From the UHGV virus genome UHGV-0326727: 64,000 nt of DNA; one strand, given 5' to 3'. Below are positions 52,438 through 61,097 of the stretch, piece after piece (position 1 is the first letter of the stretch; every line of letters starts with the position of its first letter). Source of the stretch: a virus. The position numbers and the translations under genes were made by a program. A model generated the notes under the pieces. It did no database searches. It saw only the letters and a program-made list of their open reading frames with translations, and had not been told where the DNA came from.

Positions 52438-52758
52438 ATGAACAAAGTTTATAATACTCGTAAATTACAGATTTTCGTACTGTGCCAGTTTATGGCTAAA
52501 GAGTATAACTACTACTATTGTGGTACAGGGTTCATTAGTGACAATGACGGCTCATATCTACCATTTAAAGAGGCTGTAAAACTCTTCAATGAAGAGAAAA
52601 GCTCTAAGAAAGATATTGAAAAGGTTAAGCTAACCTACAGCAAGAAAGATAAGAAGATTATCTGCCTAGATAACTTTGTCAAAGTTACTGGAGAAGCAAA
52701 AGAGTTTATGGATGAGAGTGAAATCTCATTCACAAGCATCTTGAAAGTAGCTCAGTAA
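52438..52758 (+). CDS. Hypothetical protein (106 aa)
   Basis: ORF; followed by terminator-like hairpin. Confidence 0.35.
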   Translation: MNKVYNTRKLQIFVLCQFMAKEYNYYYCGTGFISDNDGSYLPFKEAVKLFNEEKSSKKDIEKVKLTYSKKDKKIICLDNFVKVTGEAKEFMDESEISFTSILKVAQ

Positions 52759-52770
52759 ACAGATACTATA

Positions 52771-52799
52771 AGGGGACTGTAAAGGTTCCCTTTTTATTT
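52771..52799 (+). terminator. Terminator-like hairpin followed by T-run
   Basis: AGGGGA...TCCCTT stem then TTTTTATTTT. Confidence 0.45.
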
Positions 52800-52809
52800 T
52801 GGAGATAAC

Positions 52810-53325
52810 ATGTATCTGTCAAATCTGAAACGTTCGGTTGCAATGTCAGTTCTAAGACTGAGCTTTGAGGAACGTCAAGAGTTCATTGACTCCCACCAAT
52901 ACGACCCTTCTAACTCAAATCACATGATTCTCTGGAATCGTGACAGTACTCGTGAAAGAGCACTATTCCGCTATTACCCACATTACACCATAGATAATCT
53001 GTATGAATGCTTTGTTGTGAAGAACACCATTGCAGTGCTCAATAAGCTTTGTAGATACAAAGGTAACCAGTCCTTCACACTAGGCCACCATAAACCTGTT
53101 ACAAAAGGTGGTGAGCATCACTGTGCGAACTGGTTTATCCAAACTAAAGCTGATAATCAGAAGCAAGGAGATAATCTTTTAAGCACCTCTAAGATGACCT
53201 ATGAAGAGCAAGAGAAATATATCAAAAATAATATGCCAGATGTGCTTGACAACAACTATACAGATTTGGCAATATCTCTCCTGTTGAAGTTCGAGACAGT
53301 TTATAGGGCAACTTACAATGGCTAA
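52810..53325 (+). CDS. HNH-family nuclease (putative)
   Basis: 171 aa; HNH-like core LGHHKPVTKGGEHHCANWFIQTKADNQKQGDN. Confidence 0.45.
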   Translation: MYLSNLKRSVAMSVLRLSFEERQEFIDSHQYDPSNSNHMILWNRDSTRERALFRYYPHYTIDNLYECFVVKNTIAVLNKLCRYKGNQSFTLGHHKPVTKGGEHHCANWFIQTKADNQKQGDNLLSTSKMTYEEQEKYIKNNMPDVLDNNYTDLAISLLLKFETVYRATYNG

Positions 53326-53596
53326 AGGGAAGTGGGAGATTTTACCACTAGTTAGTGAGGGTGGTAATGGTTGTGAAATGTACATGATACGTGGTCATGT
53401 TCCAGAACCAATTGCACTTGAGATGATAAACAATTTTACAGATGGTTCTTACAAAGACTTAGGAGAACCAACTGTCAAGCAACAATGGGTTAAACCTGTA
53501 CCAGACAGCACAGGTAACTGTAGTGTACTTTATCACGTTGTAGACCCTGCAAAATGCAAATCTGCAATGGCAGTAACAAACGTAACTTTTGATTGA
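53318..53596 (+). CDS. Hypothetical protein (92 aa)
   Basis: ORF with overlapping start/stop. Confidence 0.35.
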   Translation: MAKGKWEILPLVSEGGNGCEMYMIRGHVPEPIALEMINNFTDGSYKDLGEPTVKQQWVKPVPDSTGNCSVLYHVVDPAKCKSAMAVTNVTFD

Positions 53597-54489
53597 GAGA
53601 GAAAACCATGAAAACATCTATCCGTGTTACAGTTCATTCACCAACTAAAGGAACTCATGAAGAAGAGTTTAACATCATCCAATTCCCTTCTGGTGAGATT
53701 GGTGGAAACTTTTCACCAGAGTTTGTTGATTTTACTGCTTATGCAGCATCATCTATCAACAATGTGATTATGATTGTAAAAGGTTATGATAAAGATACAT
53801 TGTTTGCTGTGGCACTTGCTAAAGAGGCGGTGGACAACTTAGTACCTCATAAGTTTGCTATGAAGACCATTATCTTTTACTATTTGCCAAATGCACGTTA
53901 TGACCGTCACATGTTTAAAGGTGATGCAGCAGCTTTGAAAGTGTTTGCACAACAGGTTAATGCAATGGGTTTTGATGCAGTCTGTGCAGTTGACCCTCAC
54001 AGCTATGTACCAGATAACCTGTTTAACTGCTTCCAGAGTATTCCTCAAAAGGAAATTGCAGTCCACTATGCAAATGACCCACTAGTTGATTACTTAGTAG
54101 CCCCAGATGCAGGTGCTGCTAAGAAGATTGCAGAGACTGCTAAAGAGGTGGATAAACCATACATCACAATGTCTAAAGTGCGTAACCTTAAGACTGGTGA
54201 GATTACCGGTATGCGAATCCTTGATGATGTTGATTTGACAGATAAAACCGTTATGATTCTGGATGATATTTGTGATGGAGGTCGTACCTTTATAGAGGCA
54301 GCTAAACATCTTCGTGAAGCAGGTGCAAAACGTGTGGAACTTTATGTAACACATGGTATCTTCTCTAAAGGTGTTGAAAACCTTCTTGACAATGGTATTG
54401 ACCACATCTACACTACAAACTCTTTAGGGGAAGCTAAAGACCGTGGTTTAACACATTATGGTCAAGTTACTGTAGCAAACCTTGATTAA
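53593..54489 (+). CDS. prs: Ribose-phosphate pyrophosphokinase-like protein (Prs family; possible ADPR-PP synthetase)
   Basis: 298 aa; PRPP-binding loop VMILDDICDGGRTF; immediately upstream of NAMPT-like gene. Confidence 0.78.
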   Translation: MREKTMKTSIRVTVHSPTKGTHEEEFNIIQFPSGEIGGNFSPEFVDFTAYAASSINNVIMIVKGYDKDTLFAVALAKEAVDNLVPHKFAMKTIIFYYLPNARYDRHMFKGDAAALKVFAQQVNAMGFDAVCAVDPHSYVPDNLFNCFQSIPQKEIAVHYANDPLVDYLVAPDAGAAKKIAETAKEVDKPYITMSKVRNLKTGEITGMRILDDVDLTDKTVMILDDICDGGRTFIEAAKHLREAGAKRVELYVTHGIFSKGVENLLDNGIDHIYTTNSLGEAKDRGLTHYGQVTVANLD

Positions 54490-54499
54490 AACTTTATAG

Positions 54500-54520
54500 G
54501 GGGCTTTTAAGCCCCATTTT
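54500..54520 (+). terminator. Hairpin with T-run between prs-like and NAMPT-like genes (possible attenuator)
   Basis: GGGGCT-TTTA-AGCCCC then ATTTT. Confidence 0.5.
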
Positions 54521-54535
54521 GAGAGAGATTAAAAG

Positions 54536-56317
54536 ATGACTAAATCACTTTATGCAGTACCAGCAGGTTTAAACGCAGATGCTTACAAATCTGGTCACAT
54601 TTACCAGTATCCTAGTGCAACAGAATACTTGATGTTCAACCTGACACCACGTAGTGATAAATGGTTTAACAGTCCTTTAGCAATTGACGGTGTAGTGGCT
54701 TTTGGTATTCAACGTTTTATTAAAGACTACTTAATAGACCACTGGAACGCCACCTTCTTCGAACGTGACAAAGAAGAAGCAATTGACGAAATCTTAGAAG
54801 TCATGAACGGTGTTCTGGGTAAAGATGCTATTGGTCGTGAACATTGGGAAGCACTTCACGACTTAGGTTATCTACCAGTTGAAGTATACGCTGTAGAAGA
54901 AGGCACAGTTGTTCCTATGCGTGTACCAATGATTGTCTTCCAGAACACTGTTTCAGGTTTCCATTGGGTAGCGGGGTATCTGGAAGATGCTTTCTCTGCT
55001 GAGATTTGGAAGGCTTGTACCATTGCAACTATTGCATTGCACTACAAACGTATCTGTAAGAAGTGGTCTGACCTTACTTGTGATAACGACTTACATTTGC
55101 CTTATCAGTGTCATGACTTTGCTATGCGTGGTATGTCCGGCTTTACTGATGACGCATTTAACGCTGTAGGACACTTAACCAGCTTTAAAGGAACTGATAG
55201 CTTCCCTGCTGTATATACAGCTAAACGCATCTATGGACAGTCCTACCCAATCTCTGATATTGGTAGTTCTGTACCAGCCACTGAACACTCTGTAATGTGT
55301 GCAAACATTGCTTGGGAAGGTGGTAATGAGTTGATTGAAGAAGAAAGACGCTTTAAAGGTGAGTTACAAACTTTCCGTCGTTTCTTAACAGAAACTTACC
55401 CAACTGGTATTGCAAGTGTTGTTTCAGACACTTATAATTTCTGGAGAACTGTATCAGAAATCTTACCAGCACTTCGTAAAGAGATTATGGAACGTGACGG
55501 CAAACTGGTAATTCGTCCTGACTCTGGTGACCCTGTACATATTGTCACAGGTTATAAAGCAATCCACTTAGAGTGTGCTAAAAAGGCTTATTACGAACAC
55601 CTAAGCAAGCTGGAAGCCAGTGACACAATGCTGAATGCTGTTCTGAACATGAAGCTTGAAAACATCAACTATGGTATTGCTGGATGGCTATTGTCAGAAG
55701 GCTACGAAATGGTTGTTGACAGAGAAGACTTTGAAGTTGCTGATACAGTGCTGTTGAAAAATGCTTATATGGTTGGCTCTGCAAACGTTGTAACACGTCC
55801 TGTAGCAGAGATTGATGGGGCTATTAAGACCCTGTATAACATCTTTGGAGGGACTATCAACTCTAAAGGTTTTAAGGTACTGGATGAGCACATTGGCCTT
55901 ATTTATGGTGACTCTATCACGTTGGAACGTGCAAACGAAATCCTGAAACGTTTGTATGAAATGGGTTTTGCAAGCTCTAACGTAGTGTTTGGTGTAGGTT
56001 CTTATACTTACCAGTACATGACTCGTGACACCTTTGCATTTGCTGTCAAAGCAACTCTTGCAAGTATTGGTGGTAAAGAGATTATGCTTGCAAAAGACCC
56101 TAAAACAGATAGCGGTGTTAAGAAGTCTGCTTTTGGTGGTGTAGCACCCATGTGGGATGGTGATAAGCTGAAAGCTGTAGATGGCTATGGATTCCAGAGC
56201 TTTGCAGATGTGCTTGAACATCCAGCTTGTGCTTTACGTTTAGTCTTTAGTGACTCTGAGCAGTTCGGTTACACAACTCTTGGTGATATTCGAAATAATA
56301 TTGACAAGCAACTTTAA
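54536..56317 (+). CDS. nadV: Nicotinamide phosphoribosyltransferase-like protein (NAMPT/NadV family)
   Basis: 593 aa; N-terminal NAMPT-type motif DAYKSGHIYQYP and overall type II PRTase length. Confidence 0.75.
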   Translation: MTKSLYAVPAGLNADAYKSGHIYQYPSATEYLMFNLTPRSDKWFNSPLAIDGVVAFGIQRFIKDYLIDHWNATFFERDKEEAIDEILEVMNGVLGKDAIGREHWEALHDLGYLPVEVYAVEEGTVVPMRVPMIVFQNTVSGFHWVAGYLEDAFSAEIWKACTIATIALHYKRICKKWSDLTCDNDLHLPYQCHDFAMRGMSGFTDDAFNAVGHLTSFKGTDSFPAVYTAKRIYGQSYPISDIGSSVPATEHSVMCANIAWEGGNELIEEERRFKGELQTFRRFLTETYPTGIASVVSDTYNFWRTVSEILPALRKEIMERDGKLVIRPDSGDPVHIVTGYKAIHLECAKKAYYEHLSKLEASDTMLNAVLNMKLENINYGIAGWLLSEGYEMVVDREDFEVADTVLLKNAYMVGSANVVTRPVAEIDGAIKTLYNIFGGTINSKGFKVLDEHIGLIYGDSITLERANEILKRLYEMGFASSNVVFGVGSYTYQYMTRDTFAFAVKATLASIGGKEIMLAKDPKTDSGVKKSAFGGVAPMWDGDKLKAVDGYGFQSFADVLEHPACALRLVFSDSEQFGYTTLGDIRNNIDKQL

Positions 56318-56328
56318 AAGTATATGAT
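56301..56328 (+). promoter_or_regulatory. Sigma70-like promoter TTGACA-N16-TATGAT overlapping 3' end of NAMPT-like gene
   Basis: TTGACA 56301-56306, TATGAT 56323-56328. Confidence 0.4.
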
Positions 56329-56331
56329 AAG

Positions 56332-56354
56332 AGGCTCCTACGGGAGCCTTTTTA
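56332..56354 (+). terminator. Rho-independent terminator
   Basis: AGGCTCC-TACG-GGAGCCT followed by TTTTT. Confidence 0.65.
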
Positions 56355-56370
56355 ATTTCTGGAGAAGATT

Positions 56371-56706
56371 ATGAAAATCAAAGAAATGAACATCAACATT
56401 GTCTTAGAAGAACGTTGGGAGAACATCAAGAGGTCTGAAAATGGTCATAAGTTCCTCAACAAAATCTTAGTGGCAGCTAAAGAAGAACTGACTGGCAAGG
56501 TTGCAGCAGCAATCACAATAAAGGTGTGTGTAAAAGGTCTTCCAGACAATCACCAATTTGCACTTGACGAGTTTAAAGAAAGCTTCTACAATCCAAACAA
56601 ACAGATGCTTGAAAGTAACTTTGCAGTATCTACAAGTATCGTTCATGACAGAAGCTTTATCCTTTACAAGAATATGAGAGGTGAGTCATGCAAGCATATT
56701 GGATAG
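56371..56706 (+). CDS. Hypothetical protein (111 aa)
   Basis: ORF. Confidence 0.4.
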   Translation: MKIKEMNINIVLEERWENIKRSENGHKFLNKILVAAKEELTGKVAAAITIKVCVKGLPDNHQFALDEFKESFYNPNKQMLESNFAVSTSIVHDRSFILYKNMRGESCKHIG

Positions 56707-56864
56707 AAATTTTACTGTCACTTGGTAGTGTAGCAGTGTTCGTTTACCTTCTTTGCAAGTACTATGCAGAGCACAAAAAATGTGACTTCTGTGACGGAGA
56801 AGGTTATACAAGAGCAGGTTGTTGCCCTATGTGTGGCGGTTCTGGTAAAATGTTTAATAAGTAA
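56688..56864 (+). CDS. Small membrane-anchored protein with DnaJ-type zinc-finger repeats (58 aa), not in ORF track
   Basis: Hand-translated MQAYWIEILLSLGSVAVFVYLLCKYYAEHKKCDFCDGEGYTRAGCCPMCGGSGKMFNK: N-terminal TM helix then CxxCxGxG ... CxxCxGxG. Confidence 0.35.
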   Translation: MQAYWIEILLSLGSVAVFVYLLCKYYAEHKKCDFCDGEGYTRAGCCPMCGGSGKMFNK

Positions 56865-56892
56865 TTTAACAGTAAACTAAGAGGAAAGTATT

Positions 56893-59259
56893 ATGCGCAT
56901 GGTAAATGACCACGCAGAAGTGATTAAGAGTTCAACTTCTTTAGAGACGTCTCAAGCACAGATTACAATGACACCTGAAATGTTCAGCCTTTTGAGTTCT
57001 GGTGTATATACCTTTAAAGAAAGGGCAGTTATTCGTGAACTGTCATGTAACGCAGTAGATGCTCAGAAAGAAGCTGGAAAAGAGAACATCCCGTTCCATG
57101 TGCATTTACCTACTCGTTTTGAGCCTTACTTTGAAGTTCGTGATTTTGGAACTGGATTGACTCATGATAAAGTTATGAGTTTGTATCTAAATTACGGGGC
57201 TTCTACGAAGAATGACTCTAATGACTACATTGGTGCAATGGGTATCGGCTCAAAATCCCCATTTGCAATTGCTCAGTCATTCACAGTATCTAGCTATGTT
57301 GATGGTGTTGTCAATAAGTACTCTGTTTACCTTGAGAATGGTATCCCTCAAGTAACTAAGCTGACCACTAACCCAACAAAAGAACCTAATGGTTTAGCTG
57401 TACGTGTAGCAGTTGCTGACCACCGTATTTCAAAGTTCTTTGAAGAAGCTGGTCACGTATACTCATACTTTGCTGTAAAACCAGAAAGTAATATCGAGTA
57501 CGACGATATATTAGCAGACATGAATGTCATTGCCCGTGAAGAAGGTGTTTATGATGCCATGATTCATAAGCAAAGCTGGCGCTCTAGTGGTAACAGGACA
57601 GAGTTTAATGTGGTGATGGGTAACATCGCCTACCCTGTTAACATGGAAGCACTACTTGGTGATGATTTCTTCAAAGTCTTGCCAGAGTTTTTCCGTAGGA
57701 GCGTAGACCTTGTAAACATCTATATGCCTATTGGTTCAGTTGCTATTGCAGCTTCTCGTGAAGCATTGCAGATGAATGATACAACAAAAAATGTTATCAT
57801 TGAGGCTACTAAAAAGATAACTGAAGCAATTACAAAGGATGTTATCAAGAAAGTTAATAGCCAACCTACACTCATGGATGCTGCACAGGCTTATGCTGAG
57901 TTACGTTTAAACTCACGAGAGATGTTTAATGCTGTGTGTCCAAAACTAGAGTGGGGAGGCGTTAAGCTTGATTCTTTGGAAGAAGAATTGCTAAACATTC
58001 GTCGTGGAATTATCTACGCAGAAGACGGCTCAGTTATCTATGAACGTGACGGCAAAGGTAATATTAAGGTTGATAGGAACGGGAACAACATCCCTAAAGT
58101 AGATTATCTTTATAATCCAGTTGCTTATGTTAAGTTTAACTCTTTAGAGAGTAAGATTCGTGCAACAGCGCTTTCCTACACTCAAGAGGCAAGTATGTTC
58201 AATATCTTTGGCGCAATGCGTAAAAGTCAAATTGAGCAGTTTTTGTTTGTTATAAATGACCGTCGCAATAAAAATGGTACTGAGAAGACTGTAGGACGCA
58301 ATCAGATTCTGCGTGGTGCATGTCGAGACTATGCCAGTGAATCCAGTCTGTTTCACAGATACAATGGTATTGTCTTTGTATTCTCGACTGAAAAAGAGCT
58401 AGATGATTTAATCAATCTTCACAAACTTGATAAAAGCTTGTTAAAGATTGTGAAGATGTCTGATAAGGAACATCATTATCAGCGTAAAGAAGCTGTAAGA
58501 GGTGTTGTAAAACTTTGGAAAGCTGTTCCAGCAGAAGGTGTAGCTTCATACAAAGAGGTGTCAGAAGACTTAGATACGATTGAAGAGCCTCAGCTTTATA
58601 TTAAGGCAGTAGGCGACACAGTTGATGGCGAATGTTTTTGCTCATCTCCAGAAGATGTAGCTAAGTCAGTTGCCAATGTCATTGGAAAGACAGTATATGT
58701 TTTCCGAAAAGCAAATTGGAAAAAGATACCAGAAGACTGGATTGAAGTAGATGAGAAGCTCTTGAACGACAGCTTAACTGATGTTCACTGGATTAATCAT
58801 AATAGGTATATGACACGTATCTATATGAATGGTGTCCTTGACCTTACAAGCAGTTGGATTATTGCCAGAAACTTTACGTTCAATAACAGGAAGATTTCTC
58901 GTGGCTATTGCTATTCACGAGACACAAACAAAACTATCTTCTTAGAAGGTAATGAAGATGCTGTTGAGGCAATGTTTGGTAAAATCCAATACGTTGCTGC
59001 ACCGTTTGCATACACTTACACTGTTAGTCGGTTGCAAACTTTGAAAGAATGCCTTGACAATGACACAAAGTTGTACAAGAAAATTAAGAAAGCTGGTGAC
59101 CGTATGGTTATTAAGGTGACAAACTATCTTTTAAAAAGAAAACAAGAAAACTTCTTGCTTTCTCATTTAGATTGGAATAAAGTGTCACCCATCGAAGTAA
59201 GTAAGTTCTTAGGCTTTGATGTGAAGTGTGTTCCAGAAGGGACTACAATTTACGATTAA
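56893..59259 (+). CDS. rIIA: rIIA-like protein with N-terminal GHKL (histidine-kinase/HSP90-like) ATPase fold
   Basis: 788 aa; Bergerat-fold motifs N-box ELSCNAVDA, G1 RDFGTGL, G2 GAMGIGSKS; size and pairing with downstream gene resemble T4 rIIA/rIIB. Confidence 0.55.
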   Translation: MRMVNDHAEVIKSSTSLETSQAQITMTPEMFSLLSSGVYTFKERAVIRELSCNAVDAQKEAGKENIPFHVHLPTRFEPYFEVRDFGTGLTHDKVMSLYLNYGASTKNDSNDYIGAMGIGSKSPFAIAQSFTVSSYVDGVVNKYSVYLENGIPQVTKLTTNPTKEPNGLAVRVAVADHRISKFFEEAGHVYSYFAVKPESNIEYDDILADMNVIAREEGVYDAMIHKQSWRSSGNRTEFNVVMGNIAYPVNMEALLGDDFFKVLPEFFRRSVDLVNIYMPIGSVAIAASREALQMNDTTKNVIIEATKKITEAITKDVIKKVNSQPTLMDAAQAYAELRLNSREMFNAVCPKLEWGGVKLDSLEEELLNIRRGIIYAEDGSVIYERDGKGNIKVDRNGNNIPKVDYLYNPVAYVKFNSLESKIRATALSYTQEASMFNIFGAMRKSQIEQFLFVINDRRNKNGTEKTVGRNQILRGACRDYASESSLFHRYNGIVFVFSTEKELDDLINLHKLDKSLLKIVKMSDKEHHYQRKEAVRGVVKLWKAVPAEGVASYKEVSEDLDTIEEPQLYIKAVGDTVDGECFCSSPEDVAKSVANVIGKTVYVFRKANWKKIPEDWIEVDEKLLNDSLTDVHWINHNRYMTRIYMNGVLDLTSSWIIARNFTFNNRKISRGYCYSRDTNKTIFLEGNEDAVEAMFGKIQYVAAPFAYTYTVSRLQTLKECLDNDTKLYKKIKKAGDRMVIKVTNYLLKRKQENFLLSHLDWNKVSPIEVSKFLGFDVKCVPEGTTIYD

Positions 59260-59264
59260 AGTGT

Positions 59265-59294
59265 TTGACAAGGGGCTTTGAAGCCCCTTAGAAT
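59265..59294 (+). promoter_or_regulatory. Sigma70-like promoter TTGACA-N18-TAGAAT with a 6-bp hairpin inside the spacer
   Basis: TTGACA 59265-59270; hairpin GGGGCT-TTGA-AGCCCC 59272-59287; TAGAAT 59289-59294. Confidence 0.45.
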
Positions 59295-59338
59295 ATCCTT
59301 ACAAAATGATTTATTAACTGACAAGAGAGAGTAATAAG

Positions 59339-60448
59339 ATGACTACTAAAACTAAAGCACAGATTGACGCAGAAATTTACAAACTGGTTAAAGAAGGTAA
59401 GCTGACTAAAACAGCTATTGCACAGAAGTTCAATACTTCAACCCGTTCAGTTGGTCGTGCTGTAGAGCGTCATGAAGCAACCTTAAAAGGTAAGAAAAAG
59501 GTAGCTTCTAAACCAGCTAAGAAGACTTTGAAGCAAGTTGCTAAGTCAGTTAAAAAGAAAGCTGGCAAACCAGTTGAAAAGGTTGTTAAAGAGGCTGTAC
59601 AGAAAGCTCCAGTAAATAAACTACACGAAGCTATGCAGAATGGTGACCGAATTGAGTATATGATTACTGGCGATTCTGTTATCATGACTTTCGGTGCAGA
59701 TTCTGAAATCGTTGAGTCTACCCATCCGAACTACAAAGAAATCGTAATGGCTGTTGTAGGTGGTGAGTACAAGAAAGCTTTCGAACTGATGAACATTCGT
59801 AAGTCTATCGAAAACTTCACTCAGGGTGCTATCACAATCAAAGGTGATAAGTTATTCTACGGTGCTGTTGAGATGCGTTCTACTCTGGTTGACCGTATCC
59901 TTCACATGATGAAGACTGGTGATAAAGGTTTTGAACGACTTGTAATGTTCTTCGAAAAACTGATGGAAAACCCATCTAAAGACTCTGTAGAACAACTTTG
60001 GGGATTCGTATCTCATCTTGATGTTGAAATTGATGAAGAAGGTTACATCATTGGTTGGAAGAAAGTCTCTACTCGTGAAGGCAAGCTGGTTGACTCTCAC
60101 ACCTACAAAGTACCTAATGATTTGGGTAACATTGTAGAGATGCCACGTTGGATGGTTGATAACAACCGTAACGTAACTTGCTCTCAAGGTCTTCATGTTG
60201 GTGCTTGGGATTATGTTCGTTGCTTCTCAGGTGATACCATCCTGAAGGTTCGTGTCCATCCACGAGATGTTGTATCTGTTCCAACTGATTACAACGATAT
60301 GAAGATGCGTTCCTCTCGTTATGAAGTTGCAGCAATCGTTGATAATCAACGTAAAGTGCTGAAAGCATGGGATGGTAAGACTGAAGCTTTGCATGTCATC
60401 GTTGGCACTGCTGGTGAACTCATCTCTCAACGTAAACGTGAAATCTAA
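59339..60448 (+). CDS. rIIB: rIIB-like protein (putative) with N-terminal HTH
   Basis: 369 aa directly after rIIA-like gene; N-terminal HTH-like LTKTAIAQKFNTSTRSVGRAVERH followed by Lys/Ala-rich linker. Confidence 0.4.
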   Translation: MTTKTKAQIDAEIYKLVKEGKLTKTAIAQKFNTSTRSVGRAVERHEATLKGKKKVASKPAKKTLKQVAKSVKKKAGKPVEKVVKEAVQKAPVNKLHEAMQNGDRIEYMITGDSVIMTFGADSEIVESTHPNYKEIVMAVVGGEYKKAFELMNIRKSIENFTQGAITIKGDKLFYGAVEMRSTLVDRILHMMKTGDKGFERLVMFFEKLMENPSKDSVEQLWGFVSHLDVEIDEEGYIIGWKKVSTREGKLVDSHTYKVPNDLGNIVEMPRWMVDNNRNVTCSQGLHVGAWDYVRCFSGDTILKVRVHPRDVVSVPTDYNDMKMRSSRYEVAAIVDNQRKVLKAWDGKTEALHVIVGTAGELISQRKREI

Positions 60449-60463
60449 TAAGTAATTTCTTAA

Positions 60464-60487
60464 AAGGCTGCTTCGGCGGCCTTTTTT
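60464..60487 (+). terminator. Rho-independent terminator (UUCG tetraloop)
   Basis: AAGGCTGC-TTCG-GCGGCCTT (one G-U) followed by TTTTTT. Confidence 0.65.
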
Positions 60488-60488
60488 A

Positions 60489-60517
60489 TTTGTATTTTGT
60501 GCAGAGTGCTGTATAAT
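60489..60517 (+). promoter_or_regulatory. Sigma70-like promoter with consensus -10 TATAAT
   Basis: TTGTAT/TTTGTA -35-like, TATAAT 60512-60517 preceded by TG. Confidence 0.45.
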
Positions 60518-60548
60518 TGTGGTCACGATAAACTAAACAGGAGAACCA

Positions 60549-61097
60549 ATGAAGAAGTTGATTCTAGGTTTGTGCTTAATGTTTACAGCACACTTATCTT
60601 ATGCAGTTGACTGCCCAGAGCTATCAATTAGCCAAAAAGTAAACATGTTAAAAGCTTACCAGTATGGTGAGAATAATATGGGGAAGGGCTGGGGTATTAC
60701 TCTAGCAGCTATAGCCTTACAAGAGTCAGAGTTAGGTCTGAAGGTAGAGAATAAAAAGACCCATGACTATGGTATTTTCCAGAATCACTTGAAGACTGTT
60801 GTAAAGCGTAACAAAATTAGTCCTAATGTGGCTAAAAAGAAACTCTTAAAAGATTTTGACTATGCAGCAAAAGAGACGCATAAAGAGCTTGAGTTTTGGA
60901 CGAAGGTACATGGTCAACCAAAGTCAAAGAAGACTTTACAAAAAGTTTTAGCATCATATAATGCTGGGTATTCGTACAAAATTCCTAAAGCTAAGAAATA
61001 CTCTCAAGATGTCTACAACAATATGAAAGTTATTGCTCAATGTGAATTTGCAACAAACATTTCTAAGGTAAATCATGAAAAAATTAAGAAAGTCTGA
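60549..61097 (+). CDS. Lytic transglycosylase-like endolysin with N-terminal signal peptide
   Basis: 182 aa; signal-like N-terminus MKKLILGLCLMFTAHLSYA; SLT-type catalytic region AIALQESELG and YNAG motif. Confidence 0.6.
   Translation: MKKLILGLCLMFTAHLSYAVDCPELSISQKVNMLKAYQYGENNMGKGWGITLAAIALQESELGLKVENKKTHDYGIFQNHLKTVVKRNKISPNVAKKKLLKDFDYAAKETHKELEFWTKVHGQPKSKKTLQKVLASYNAGYSYKIPKAKKYSQDVYNNMKVIAQCEFATNISKVNHEKIKKV

Noticed and set aside
55694-56221. 175-aa - strand ORF inside the NAMPT-like gene (also 54094..54405 inside prs, 59852..60526 inside the rIIB-like gene, 25216..25569 opposite folA)
   Set aside because: All are antisense, embedded in better-supported genes, with no independent signals.
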